Source: Eledone cirrhosa
Taxonomy: Eukaryota
Length of the DNA: 64,000 nt
Reading direction: 5' to 3'
Assembly (NCBI GenBank): GCA_964016885.1
Contig: OZ024764.1
Span: 18,600,001 to 18,664,000, forward strand
In this document: piece by piece, positions 36,110-50,000 of the stretch
Numbering within the stretch: position 1 is the first letter of the stretch
How the letters are laid out: the number at the start of each line of letters is the position of its first letter
Program-made: the position numbers and the translations under genes
The notes under the pieces: model-generated
Told to the model about the DNA's origin: nothing
What the model saw: only the letters and a program-made list of their open reading frames with translations
Databases searched by the model: none

Positions 36110-39100
36110 TGGTCACGTAGGTGTCACAACAAAAAGTACCCACTCCACACTGTAAAGTGGTCATGTAGGTATCATGACAAAAAGTACCCAGTCCACACTG
36201 TAAAGTGGTCATGTAGGTGTCACAACAAACAACACCCAGTCCACACTGTAAAGTGGTCATGTAGGTGTCATGACAAAAAGTACCCAGTCCACCTCTGTAA
36301 AGTGGTCATGTAGGTTTCACAACAAAAAGTACCCAGTCCACACTGTAATGTGGTCATGTAGGTGTCACAACAAACAGCACCCAGTCCACACTGTAAAGCT
36401 GTCATGTAGGTATCATGACAAAAAGTACCCAGTCCCCACTGTAAAGTGGTCATGTAGGTGTCACGACAAAACGTACCCAGTCCACACTGTAAAGTGGTCA
36501 TGTAGGTGTCACAACAAAAAGTACCCAGTCCACACTGTAAAGTGGTCACGTAGGTGTCACAACAAAAAGTACCCACTCCACACTGTAAAGTGGTCATGTA
36601 GGTATCATGACAAAAAGTACCCAGTCCACACTGTAAAGTGGTCATGTAGGTGTCACAACAAACAGCACCCAGTCCACACTGTAAAGTGGTCATGTAGGTG
36701 TCACAACAAAAAGTACCTAGTCCACACTGTAAAGTGGTCATGTAGGTGTCACAACAAAAAGTACCCAGTCCACACTGTAATGTGGTCATGTAGGTGTCAC
36801 AAGAAAAAGTACTCAGTCCACACTGTAAAGTGGTCATGTAGGTGTCATAACAAAAAGTACCCAGTCCACACTGTAAAGTGGTTATGTAGGTGTCATAACC
36901 AAAAGTACCCAGTCCACACTGTAAAGTGGTCATGTAGGTGTCACAACAAAAAGTACCCAGTCCACACTGTCAAGTGGTCATGTAGGTGTCACAACAAAAA
37001 GTACCTAGTCCACACTGTAAAGTGGTCATGTAGCTGTCACAACAAAAAGTACCCAGTCCACACTGTAATGTGGTCATGCAGGTTTCACAACAAAAAGTAC
37101 CCAGTCCACACTGTAATGTGGTCATATAGGTGTCACAACAAAAAGTACCCAGTCCACACTGTAAAGTGGTCATGTAGGTGTCACAACAAAAAGTACCCAG
37201 TCCACACTTTAAAGTGGAGATGTAGGTGTCATGACAAAAAGTACCCAGTCCACATTGTAAAGTGGTCATGTAGGTGTCACAACAAAAAGTACCCAGTCCA
37301 CACTGTAAAGTGGTCATGTAGGTGTCACAACAAAAAGTACCCAGTCCACACTGTAAAGTAGTCATGTAGGTGTAACAACAAAAAGTACCCAGTCCACACT
37401 GTAAAGTGGTCATGTAGGTGTCACAACAAAATATACCCAGTCCACACTGTAAAGTGGTCATGTAGGTGTCACAACAAAAAGTACCCAGTCCACACTGTAA
37501 AGTGGTCATGTAGGTGTCACAACAAAAAGTACCCAGTCCACCCTGTAAAGTGGTCATATATGTGTCACAACAAAAAGTACCCAGTCCACCCTGTAAAGTG
37601 GTCATGTAGGTGTCACGACAAAAAGTACCCAGTCCACACTGTAAAGTGGTCATGTAGGTGTCACAACAAAAAGTACCCAGTCCACCCTGTAAAGTGGTCA
37701 TATAGGTTTCACAACAAAAAGTACCCAGTCCACCCTGTAAAGTGGTCATGTATGTGTCACAACAAAAAGTACCCAGTCCACACTTTAAAGTGGTCATGTA
37801 GGTGTCACAACAAAAAGTACCCAGTCCACACTGTAATGTGGTCATGCAGGTTTCACACCAAAAAGTACCCAGTCCACACTGTAATGTGGTCATATAGGTT
37901 TCACAACAAAAAGTACCCAGTCCACACTGTAAAGTGGTCATGTAGGTGTCACAACAAAAAGTACCCAGTCCACACTGTAAAGTGGTCATGTAGGTGTCAC
38001 AACAAAAAGTACCCAGTCCACACTGTAAAGTGGTCACGTAGGTGTCACAACAAAAAGTACCCACTCCACACTGTAAAGTGGTCATGTAGGTATCATGACA
38101 AAAAGTACCCAGTCCACACTGTAAAGTGGTCATGTAGGTGTCACAACAAACAACACCCAGTCCACACTGTAAAGTGGTCATGTAGGTGTCATGACAAAAA
38201 GTACCCAGTCCACCTCTGTAAAGTGGTCATGTAGGTTTCACAACAAAAAGAACCCAGTCCACACTGTAATGTGGTCATGTAGGTGTCACAACAAACAGCA
38301 CCCAGTCCACACTGTAAAGCTGTCATGTAGGTATCATGACAAAAAGTACCCAGTCCACACTGTAAAGTGGTCATGTAGGTGTCACGACAAAACGTACCCA
38401 GTCCACACTGTAAAGTGGTCATGTAGGTGTCACAACAAAAAGTACCCAGTCCACACTGTAAAGTGGTCACGTAGGTGTCACAACAAAAAGTACCCACTCC
38501 ACACTGTAAAGTGGTCATGTAGGTATCATGACAAAAAGTACCCAGTCCACACTGTAAAGTGGTCATGTAGGTGTCACAACAAACAGCACCCAGTCCACAC
38601 TGTAAAGTGGTCATGTAAGTGTCACAATAAAAAGTACCTAGTCCACACTGTAAAGTGGTCATGTAGGTGTCACAACAAAAAGTACCCAGTCCACACTGTA
38701 ATGTGGTCATGTAGGTGTCACAAGAAAAAGTACTCAGTCCACACTGTAAAGTGGTCATGTAGGTGTCATAACAAAAAGTACCCAGTCCACACTGTAAAGT
38801 GGTTATGTAGGTGTCATAACCAAAAGTACCCAGTCCACACTGTAAAGTGGTCATGTAGGTGTCACAACAAAAAGTACCCAGTCCACACTGTCAAGTGGTC
38901 ATGTAGGTGTCACAACAAAAAGTACCTAGTCCACACTGTAAAGTGGTCATGTAGCTGTCGCAACAAAAAGTACCCAGTCCACACTGTAATGTGGTCATGC
39001 AGGTTTCACAACAAAAAGTACCCAGTCCACACTGTAATGTGGTCATATAGGTGTCACAACAAAAAGTACCCAGTCCACACTGTAAAGTGGTCATGTAGGT

Positions 39101-39700
39101 GTCACAACAAAAAGTACCCAGTCCACACTTTAAAGTGGACATGTAGGTGTCATGACAAAAAGTACCCAGTCCACATTGTAAAGTGGTCATGTAGGTGTCA
39201 CAACAAAAAGTACCCAGTCCACACTGTAAAGTGGTCATGTAGGTGTCACAACAAAAAGTACCCAGTCCACACTGTAAAATAGTCATGTAGGTGTAACAAC
39301 AAAAAGTACCCAGTCCACACTGTAAAGTGGTCATGTAGGTGTCACAACAAAATATACCCAGTCCACACTGTAAAGTGGTCATGTAGGTGTCACAACAAAA
39401 AGTACCCAGTCCACACTGTAAAGTGGTCATGTAGGTGTCACAACAAAAAGTACCCAGTCCACCCTGTAAAGTGGTCATATATGTGTCACAACAAAAAGTA
39501 CCCAGTCCACCCTGTAAAGTGGTCATGTAGGTGTCACGACAAAAAGTACCCAGTCCACACTGTAAAGTGGTCATGTAGGTGTCACAACAAAAAGTACCCA
39601 GTCCACCCTGTAAAGTGGTCATATAGGTTTCACAACAAAAAGTACCCAGTCCACCCTGTAAAGTGGTCATGTATGTGTCACAACAAAAAGTACCCAGTCC
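36110..39700. repeat. Higher-order duplication, offset 1921 bp (40 monomers + 1 nt)
   Basis: ORFs 36268..36933/38189..38854, 36270..37361/38191..39282 and 37560/39481; the CCACCTCTG insertion is at 36289 and 38210. Confidence 0.88.
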
Positions 39701-40194
39701 ACACTGTAAAGTGGTCATGTATGTGTCACAACAAAAAGTACCCAGTCCACACTTTAAAGTGGTCATGTAGGTGTCACAACAAAAAGTACCCAGTCCACAC
39801 TGTAATGTGGTCATGCAGGTTTCACACCAAAAAGTACCCAGTCCACACTGTAATGTGGTCATATAGGTGTCACAACAAAAAGTACCCAGTCCATACTGTA
39901 AAGTGGTCATGTAGGTGTCACAACAAAAAGTACCCAGTCCACACTGTAAAGTGGACATGTAGGTGTCATGACAAAAAGTACCTAGTCCACACTGTAAAGT
40001 GGTCATGTAGGTGTCACAACAAAAAGTAACCAGTCCACACTGTAAAGTGGTCATGTAGGTGTCACAACAAAAAGTACCCAGTCCACACTGTAAAGTGGTC
40101 AAGTAGGTGTCACAACAATAAGTACCCAGTCCACACTGTGAAGTGGACATGTAGGTGTCATGACAACAAGTACCCAGTCCACACTGTAAAGTGG

Positions 40195-43100
40195 TTATGT
40201 AGGTGTCACAACAAAAACACCCAGTCCACACTGTAAAGTGGTCATGTAGGTGTCACAACAAAAAGTACCCAGTCCACACTGTAAAGTGGTCATGTAGGTG
40301 TCACAACAAAAAGTACCCAGTCCACCCTGTAAAGTGGTCATATATGTATCACAACAAAAAGTACCCAGTCCACCCTGTAAAGTGGTCATGTATGTGTCAC
40401 AACAAATAGTACCCAGTCCACACTGTAAAGTGGTCATGTATGTGTCACAACAAAAAGTACCCAGTCCACACTTTAAAGTGGTCATATAGGTGTCACAACA
40501 AAAATTACCCAGTCCACACTGTAATGTGGTCATGCAGGTTTCACAACAAAAAGTACCCAGTCCACACTGTAATGTGGTCATATAGGTGTCACAACAAAAA
40601 GTACCCAGTCCACACTGTAAAGTGGTCATGTAGGTGTCAACAAAAAGTACCCAGTCCACACTGTCAAGTGGTCATGTAGGTGTCACAACAAAAAGTACCT
40701 AGTCCACACTGTAAAGTGGTCATGTAGCTGTCACAACAAAAAGTACCCAGTCCACACTGTAATGTGGTCATGCAGGTTTCACAACAAAAAGTACCCAGTC
40801 CACACTGTAATGTGGTCATATAGGTGTCACAACAAAAAGTACCCAGTCCACACTGTAAAGTGGTTATGTAGGTCTCACAACAAAAAGTACCCAGTCCACA
40901 CTGTAAAGTGGACATGTAGGTGTCATGACAAAAAGTACCCAGTCCACACTGTAAAGTGGTCATGTAGGTGTCACAACAAAAAGTACCCAGTCCACACTGT
41001 AAAGTGGTCATGTAGGTGTCACAACAAAAAGTACCCAGTCCACACTGTAAAGTGGTCACGTAGGTGTCACAACAAAAAGTACCCACTCCACACTGTAAAG
41101 TGGTCATGTAGGTATCATGACAAAAAGTACCCAGTCCACACTGTAAAGTGGTCATGTAGGTGTCACAACAAACAACACACAGTCCACACTGTAAAGTGGT
41201 CATGTAGGTGTCACGACAAAAAGTACCCAGTCCACCTCTGTAAAGTGGTCATGTAGGTTTCACAACAAAAAGTACCCAGTCCACACTGTAATGTGGTCAT
41301 GTAGGTGTCACAACAAACAGCACCCAGTCCACACTGTAAAGTGGTCATGTAGGTGTCACAACAAACAGCACCCAGTCCACACTGTAAAGTGGTCATGTAG
41401 GTATCATGACAAAAAGTACCCAGTCCACACTGTAAAGTGGTCATGTAGGTGTCACGACAAAACGTACCCAGTCCACACTGTAAAGTGGTCATGTAGGTGT
41501 CACAACAAAAAGTACCCAGTCCACACTGTAATGTGGTCATGTAGGTGTCACAAGAAAAAGTACTCAGTCCACACTGTAAAGTGGTCATGTAGGTGTCATA
41601 ACAAAAAGTACCCAGTCCACACTGTAAAGTGGTTATGTAGGTGTCATAACAAAAAGTACCCAGTCCACACTGTAAAGTGGTTATGTAGGTGTCATAACCA
41701 AAAGTACCCAGTCCACACTGTAAAGTGGTCATGTAGGTGTCACAACAAAAAGTACCCAGTCCACACTGTCAAGTGGTCATGTAGGTGTCACAACAAAAAG
41801 TACCTAGTCCACACTGTAAAGTGGTCATGTAGCTGTCACAACAAAAAGTACCCAGTCCACACTGTAATGTGGTCATGCAGGTTTCACAACAAAAAGTACC
41901 CAGTCCACACTGTAATGTGGTCATATAGGTCTCACAACAAAAAGTACCCAGTCCACACTGTAAAGTGGTCATGTAGGTGTCACAACAAAAAGTACCCAGT
42001 CCACACTTTAAAGTGGACATGTAGGTGTCATGACAAAAAGTACCCAGTCCACATTGTAAAGTGGTCATGTAGGTGTCACAACAAAAAGTACCCAGTCCAC
42101 ACTGTAAAGTGGTCATGTAGGTGTCACAACAAAAAGTACCCAGTCCACACTGTAAAGTAGTCATGTAGGTGTAACAACAAAAAGTACCCAGTCCACACTG
42201 TAAAGTGGTCATGTAGGTGTCACAACAAAATATACCCAGTCCACACTGTAAAGTGGTCATGTAGGTGTCACAACAAAAAGTACCCAGTCCACACTGTAAA
42301 GTGGTCATGTAGGTGTCACAACAAAAAGTACCCAGTCCACCCTGTAAAGTGGTTATGTAGGTGTCACAACAAAAACACCCAGTCCACACTGTAAAGTGGT
42401 CATGTAGGTGTCACAACAAAAAGTACCCAGTCCACACTGTAAAGTGGTCATGTAGGTGTCACAACAAAAAGTACCCAGTCCACCCTGTAAAGTGGTCATA
42501 TATGTATCACAACAAAAAGTACCCAGTCCACCCTGTAAAGTGGTCATGTAAGTGTCACAACAAAAAGTACCCAGTCCACACTGTAAAGTGGTCATGTATG
42601 TGTCACAACAAAAAGTACCCAGTCCACACTTTAAAGTCATATAGGTGTCACAACAAAAATTACCCAGTCCACACTGTAATGTGGTCATGCAGGTTTCACA
42701 CCAAAAAGTACCCAGTCCACACTGTAATGTGGTCATATAGGTGTCACAACAAAAAGTACCCAGTCCACACTGTAAAGTGGTCATGTAGGTGTCAACAAAA
42801 AGTACCCAGTCCACACTGTAATGTGGTCATGCAGGTTTCACAACAAAAAGTACCCAGTCCACACTGTAATGTGGTCATATAGGTGTCACAACAAAAAGTA
42901 CCCAGTCCACACTGTAAAGTGGTCATGTAGGTGTCACAACAAAAAGTACCCAGTCCACACTTTAAAGTGGACATGTAGGTGTCATGACAAAAAGTACCCA
43001 GTCCACATTGTAAAGTGGTCATGTAGGTGTCACAACAAAAAGTACCCAGTCCACACTGTAAAGTGGTCATGTAGGTGTCACAACAAAAAGTACCCAGTCC

Positions 43101-46100
43101 ACACTGTAAAGTAGTCATGTAGGTGTAACAACAAAAAGTACCCAGTCCACACTGTAAAGTGGTCATGTAGGTGTCACAACAAAATATACCCAGTCCACAC
43201 TGTAAAGTGGTCATGTAGGTGTCACAACAAAAAGTACCCAGTCCACACTGTAAAGTGGTCATGTAGGTGTCACAACAAAAAGTACCCAGTCCACCCTGTA
43301 AAGTGGTCATATATGTGTCACAACAAAAAGTACCCAGTCCACCCTGTAAAGTGGTCATGTAGGTGTCACGACAAAAAGTACCCAGTCCACACTGTAAAGT
43401 GGTCATGTAGGTGTCACAACAAAAAGTACCCAGTCCACCCTGTAAAGTGGTCATGTATGTGTCACAACAAAAAGTACCCAGTCCACACTGTAAAGTGGTC
43501 ATGTATGTGTCACAACAAAAAGTACCCAGTCCAAACTTTAAAGTGGTCATGTAGGTGTCACAACAAAAAGTACCCAGTCCACACTGTAATGTGGTCATGC
43601 AGGTTTCACACCAAAAAGTACCCAGTCCACACTGTAATGTGGTCATATAGGTGTCACAACAAAAAGTACCCAGTCCACACTGTAAAGTGGTCATGTAGGT
43701 GTCACAACAAAAAGTACCCAGTCCACACTGTAAAGTGGACATGTAGGTGTCATGACAAAAAGTACCCAGTCCACACTGTAAAGTGGTCATGTAGGTGTCA
43801 CAACAAAAAGTAACCAGTCCACACTGTAAAGTGGTCATGTAGGTGTCACAACAAAAAGTACCCAGTCCACACTGTAAAGTGGTCAAGTAGGTGTCACAAC
43901 AATAAGTACCCAGTCCACACTGTAAAGTGGACATGTAGGTGTCATGACAAAAAGTACCCAGTCCACACTGTAAATTGGTTATGTAGGTGTCACAACAAAA
44001 ACACCCAGTCCACACTGTAAAGTGGTCATGTAGGTGTCACAACAAAAAGTACCCAGTCCACACTGTAAAGTGGTCATGTAGGTGTCACAACAAAAAGTAC
44101 CCAGTCCACCCTGTAAAGTGGTCATATATGTATCACAACAAAAAGTACCCAGTCCACCCTGTAAAGTGGTCATGTATGTGTCACAACAAATAGTACCCAG
44201 TCCACACTGTAAAGTGGTCATGTATGTGTCACAACAAAAAGTACCCAGTCCACACTTTAAAGTGGTCATATAGGTGTCACAACAAAAATTACCCAGTCCA
44301 CACTGTAATGTGGTCATGCAGGTTTCACACCAAAAAGTACCCAGTCCACACTGTAATGTGGTCATATAGGTGTCACAACAAAAAGTACCCAGTCCACACT
44401 GTAAAGTGGTCATGTAGGTGTCAACAAAAAGTACCCAGTCCACACTGTCAAGTGGTCATGTAGGTGTCACAACAAAAAGTACCTAGTCCACACTGTAAAG
44501 TGGTCATCTAGCTGTCACAACAAAAAGTACCCAGTCCACACTGTAATGTGGTCATGCAGGTTTCACAACAAAAAGTACCCAGTCCACACTGTAATGTGGT
44601 CATATAGGTGTCACAACAAAAAGTACCCAGTCCACACTGTAAAGTGGTTATGTAGGTCTCACAACAAAAAGTACCCAGTCCACACTGTAAAGTGGACATG
44701 TAGGTGTCATGACAAAAAGTACCCAGTCCACACTGTAAAGTGGTCATGTAGGTGTCACAACAAAAAGTACCCAGTCCACACTGTAAAGTGGTCATGTAGG
44801 TGTCACAACAAAAAGTACCCAGTCCACACTGTAAAGTGGTCACGTAGGTGTCACAACAAAAAGTACCCACTCCACACTGTAAAGTGGTCATGTAGGTATC
44901 ATGACAAAAAGTACCCAGTCCACACTGTAAAGTGGTCATGTAGGTGTCACAACAAACAACACACAGTCCACACTGTAAAGTGGTCATGTAGGTGTCACGA
45001 CAAAAAGTACCCAGTCCACCTCTGTAAAGTGGTCATGTAGGTTTCACAACAAAAAGTACCCAGTCCACACTGTAATGTGGTCATGTAGGTGTCACAACAA
45101 ACAGCACCCAGTCCACACTGTAAAGTGGTCATGTAGGTGTAACAACAAACAGCACCCAGTCCACACTGTAAAGTGGTCATGTAGGTATCATGACAAAAAG
45201 TACCCAGTCCACACTGTAAAGTGGTCATGTAGGTGTCACGACAAAACGTACCCAGTCCACACTGTAAAGTGGTCATGTAGGTGTCACAACAAAAAGTACC
45301 CAGTCCACACTGTAATGTGGTCATGTAGGTGTCACAAGAAAAAGTACTCAGTCCACACTGTAAAGTGGTCATGTAGGTGTCATAACAAAAAGTACCCAGT
45401 CCACACTGTAAAGTGGTTATGTAGGTGTCATAACAAAAAGTACCCAGTCCACACTGTAAAGTGGTTATGTAGGTGTCATAACCAAAAGTACCCAGTCCAC
45501 ACTGTAAAGTGGTCATGTAGGTGTCACAACAAAAAGTACCCAGTCCACACTGTCAAGTGGTCATGTAGGTGTCACAACAAAAAGTACCTAGTCCACACTG
45601 TAAAGTGGTCATGTAGCTGTCACAACAAAAAGTACCCAGTCCACACTGTAATGTGGTCATGCAGGTTTCACAACAAAAAGTACCCAGTCCACACTGTAAA
45701 GTGGTCATGTAGGTGTCACAACAAAAAGTACCCAGTCCACACTGTAAAGTAGTCATGTAGGTGTAACAACAAAAAGTACCCAGTCCACACTGTAAAGTGG
45801 TCATGTAGGTGTCACAACAAAATATACCCAGTCCACACTGTAAAGTGGTCATGTAGGTGTCACAACAAAAAGTACCCAGTCCACACTGTAAAGTGGTTAT
45901 GTAGGTGTCACAACAAAAAGTACCCAGTCCACCCTGTAAAGTGGTTATGTAGGTGTCACAACAAAAACACCCAGTCCACACTGTAAAGTGGTCATGTAGG
46001 TGTCACAACAAAAAGTACCCAGTCCACACTGTAAAGTGGTCATGTAGGTGTCACAACAAAAAGTACCCAGTCCACCCTGTAAAGTGGTCATATATGTATC

Positions 46101-47030
46101 ACAACAAAAAGTACCCAGTCCACCCTGTAAAGTGGTCATGTATGTGTCACAACAAAAAGTACCCAGTCCACACTGTAAAGTGGTCATGTATGTGTCACAA
46201 CAAAAAGTACCCAGTCCACACTTTAAAGTCATATAGGTGTCACAACAAAAATTACCCAGTCCACACTGTAATGTGGTCATGCAGGTTTCACACCAAAAAG
46301 TACCCAGTCCACACTGTAATGTGGTCATATAGGTGTCACAACAAAAAGTACCCAGTCCACACTGTAAAGTGGTCATGTAGGTGTCAACAAAAAGTACCCA
46401 GTCCACACTGTAATGTGGTCATGCAGGTTTCACAACAAAAAGTACCCAGTCCACACTGTAATGTGGTCATATAGGTGTCACAACAAAAAGTACCCAGTCC
46501 ACACTGTAAAGTGGTCATGTAGGTGTCACAACAAAAAGTACCCAGTCCACACTTTAAAGTGGACATGTAGGTGTCATGACAAAAAGTACCCAGTCCACAT
46601 TGTAAAGTGGTCATGTAGGTGTCACAACAAAAAGTACCCAGTCCACACTGTAAAGTGGTCATGTAGGTGTCACAACAAAAAGTACCCAGTCCACACTGTA
46701 AAGTAGTCATGTAGGTGTAACAACAAAAAGTACCCAGTCCACACTGTAAAGTGGTCATGTAGGTGTCACAACAAAATATACCCAGTCCACACTGTAAAGT
46801 GGTCATGTAGGTGTCACAACAAAAAGTACCCAGTCCACACTGTAAAGTGGTCATGTAGGTGTCACAACAAAAAGTACCCAGTCCACCCTGTAAAGTGGTC
46901 ATATATGTGTCACAACAAAAAGTACCCAGTCCACCCTGTAAAGTGGTCATGTAGGTGTCACGACAAAAAGTACCCAGTCCACACTGTAAAGTGGTCATGT
47001 AGGTGTCACAACAAAAAGTACCCAGTCCAC
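40195..47030. repeat. Higher-order duplication, offset 3784 then 3592 bp (four monomers lost in the second copy)
   Basis: ORFs 40195/43979, 40762/44546 and 41211/44995 are 3784 apart; 42353/45945, 42821/46413 and 43313/46905 are 3592 apart (difference 192 = 4x48). Confidence 0.85.
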
Positions 47031-50000
47031 ACTGTAAAGTGGTCATGTAGGTGTCATGACAAAAAGTACCCAGTCCACCTCTGTAAAGTGGTCATGTAGG
47101 TTTCACAACAAAAAGTACCCAGTCCACACTGTAATGTGGTCATGTAGGTGTCACAACAAACAGCACCCAGTCCACACTGTAAAGCTGTCATGTAGGTATC
47201 ATGACAAAAAGTACCCAGTCCACACTGTAAAGTGGTCATGTAGGTGTCACGACAAAACGTACCCAGTCCACACTGTAAAGTGGTCATGTAGGTGTCACAA
47301 CAAACAGCACCCAGTCCACACTGTAAAGTGGTCATGTAGGTGTCACAATAAAAAGTACCTAGTCCACACTGTAAAGTGGTCATGTAGGTGTCACAACAAA
47401 AAGTACCCAGTCCACACTGTAATGTGGTCATGTAGGTGTCACAAGAAAAAGTACTCAGTCCACACTGTAAAGTGGTCATGTAGGTGTCATAACCAAAAGT
47501 ACCCAGTCCACACTGTAAAGTGGTCATGTAGGTGTCACAACAAAAAGTACCCAGTCCACACTGTCAAGTGGTCATGTAGGTGTCACAACAAAAAGTACCT
47601 AGTCCACACTGTAAAGTGGTCATGTAGCTGTCGCAACAAAAAGTACCCAGTCCACACTGTAATGTGGTCATGCAGGTTTCACAACAAAAAGTACCCAGTC
47701 CACACTGTAATGTGGTCATATAGGTGTCACAACAAAAAGTACCCAGTCCACACTGTAAAGTGGTCATGTAGGTGTCACAACAAAAAGTACCCAGTCCACA
47801 CTTTAAAGTGGACATGTAGGTGTCATGACAAAAAGTACCCAGTCCACATTGTAAAGTGGTCATGTAGGTGTCACAACAAAAAGTACCCAGTCCACACTGT
47901 AAAGTGGTCATGTAGGTGTCACAACAAAAAGTACCCAGTCCACACTGTAAAGTAGTCATGTAGGTGTAACAACAAAAAGTACCCAGTCCACACTGTAAAG
48001 TGGTCATGTAGGTGTCACAACAAAATATACCCAGTCCACACTGTAAAGTGCTCATGTAGGTGTCACAACAAAAAGTACCCAGTCCACACTGTAAAGTGGT
48101 CATGTAGGTGTCACAACAAAAAGTACCCAGTCCACCCTGTAAAGTGGTCATATATGTGTCACAACAAAAAGTACCCAGTCCACCCTGTAAAGTGGTCATG
48201 TAGGTGTCACGACAAAAAGTACCCAGTCCACACTGTAAAGTGGTCATGTAGGTGTCACAACAAAAAGTACCCAGTCCACCCTGTAAAGTGGTCATATAGG
48301 TTTCACAACAAAAAGTACCCAGTCCACCCTGTAAAGTGGTCATGTATGTGTCACAACAAAAAGTACCCAGTCCACACTGTAAAGTGGTCATGTATGTGTC
48401 ACAACAAAAAGTACCCAGTCCACACTTTAAAGTGGTCATGTAGGTGTCACAACAAAAAGTACCCAGTCCACACTGTAAAGTGGACATGTAGGTGTCATGA
48501 CAAAAAGTACCTAGTCCACACTGTAAAGTGGTCATGTAGGTGTCACAACAAAAAGTAACCAGTCCACACTGTAAAGTGGTCATGTAGGTGTCACAACAAA
48601 AAGTACCCAGTCCACACTGTAAAGTGGTCAAGTAGGTGTCACAACAATAAGTACCCAGTCCACACTGTGAAGTGGACATGTAGGTGTCATGACAACAAGT
48701 ACCCAGTCCACACTGTAAAGTGGTTATGTAGGTGTCACAACAAAAACACCCAGTCCACACTGTAAAGTGGTCATGTAGGTGTCACAACAAAAAGTACCCA
48801 GTCCACACTGTAAAGTGGTCATGTAGGTGTCACAACAAAAAGTACCCAGTCCACCCTGTAAAGTGGTCATATATGTATCACAACAAAAAGTACCCAGTCC
48901 ACCCTGTAAAGTGGTCATGTATGTGTCACAACAAATAGTACCCAGTCCACACTGTAAAGTGGTCATGTATGTGTCACAACAAAAAGTACCCAGTCCACAC
49001 TTTAAAGTGGTCATATAGGTGTCACAACAAAAATTACCCAGTCCACACTGTAATGTGGTCATGCAGGTTTCACAACAAAAAGTACCCAGTCCACACTGTA
49101 ATGTGGTCATATAGGTGTCACAACAAAAAGTACCCAGTCCACACTGTAAAGTGGTCATGTAGGTGTCAACAAAAAGTACCCAGTCCACACTGTCAAGTGG
49201 TCATGTAGGTGTCACAACAAAAAGTACCTAGTCCACACTGTAAAGTGGTCATGTAGCTGTCACAACAAAAAGTACCCAGTCCACACTGTAATGTGGTCAT
49301 GCAGGTTTCACAACAAAAAGTACCCAGTCCACACTGTAATGTGGTCATATAGGTGTCACAACAAAAAGTACCCAGTCCACACTGTAAAGTGGTTATGTAG
49401 GTCTCACAACAAAAAGTACCCAGTCCACACTGTAAAGTGGACATGTAGGTGTCATGACAAAAAGTACCCAGTCCACACTGTAAAGTGGTCATGTAGGTGT
49501 CACAACAAAAAGTACCCAGTCCACACTGTAAAGTGGTCATGTAGGTGTCACAACAAAAAGTACCCAGTCCACACTGTAAAGTGGTCACGTAGGTGTCACA
49601 ACAAAAAGTACCCACTCCACACTGTAAAGTGGTCATGTAGGTATCATGACAAAAAGTACCCAGTCCACACTGTAAAGTGGTCATGTAGGTGTCACAACAA
49701 ACAACACACAGTCCACACTGTAAAGTGGTCATGTAGGTGTCACGACAAAAAGTACCCAGTCCGCCTCTGTAAAGTGGTCATGTAGGTTTCACAACAAAAA
49801 GTACCCAGTCCACACTGTAATGTGGTCATGTAGGTGTCACAACAAACAGCACCCAGTCCACACTGTAAAGTGGTCATGTAGGTGTCACAACAAACAGCAC
49901 CCAGTCCACACTGTAAAGTGGTCATGTAGGTATCATGACAAAAAGTACCCAGTCCACACTGTAAAGTGGTCATGTAGGTGTCACGACAAAACGTACCCAG

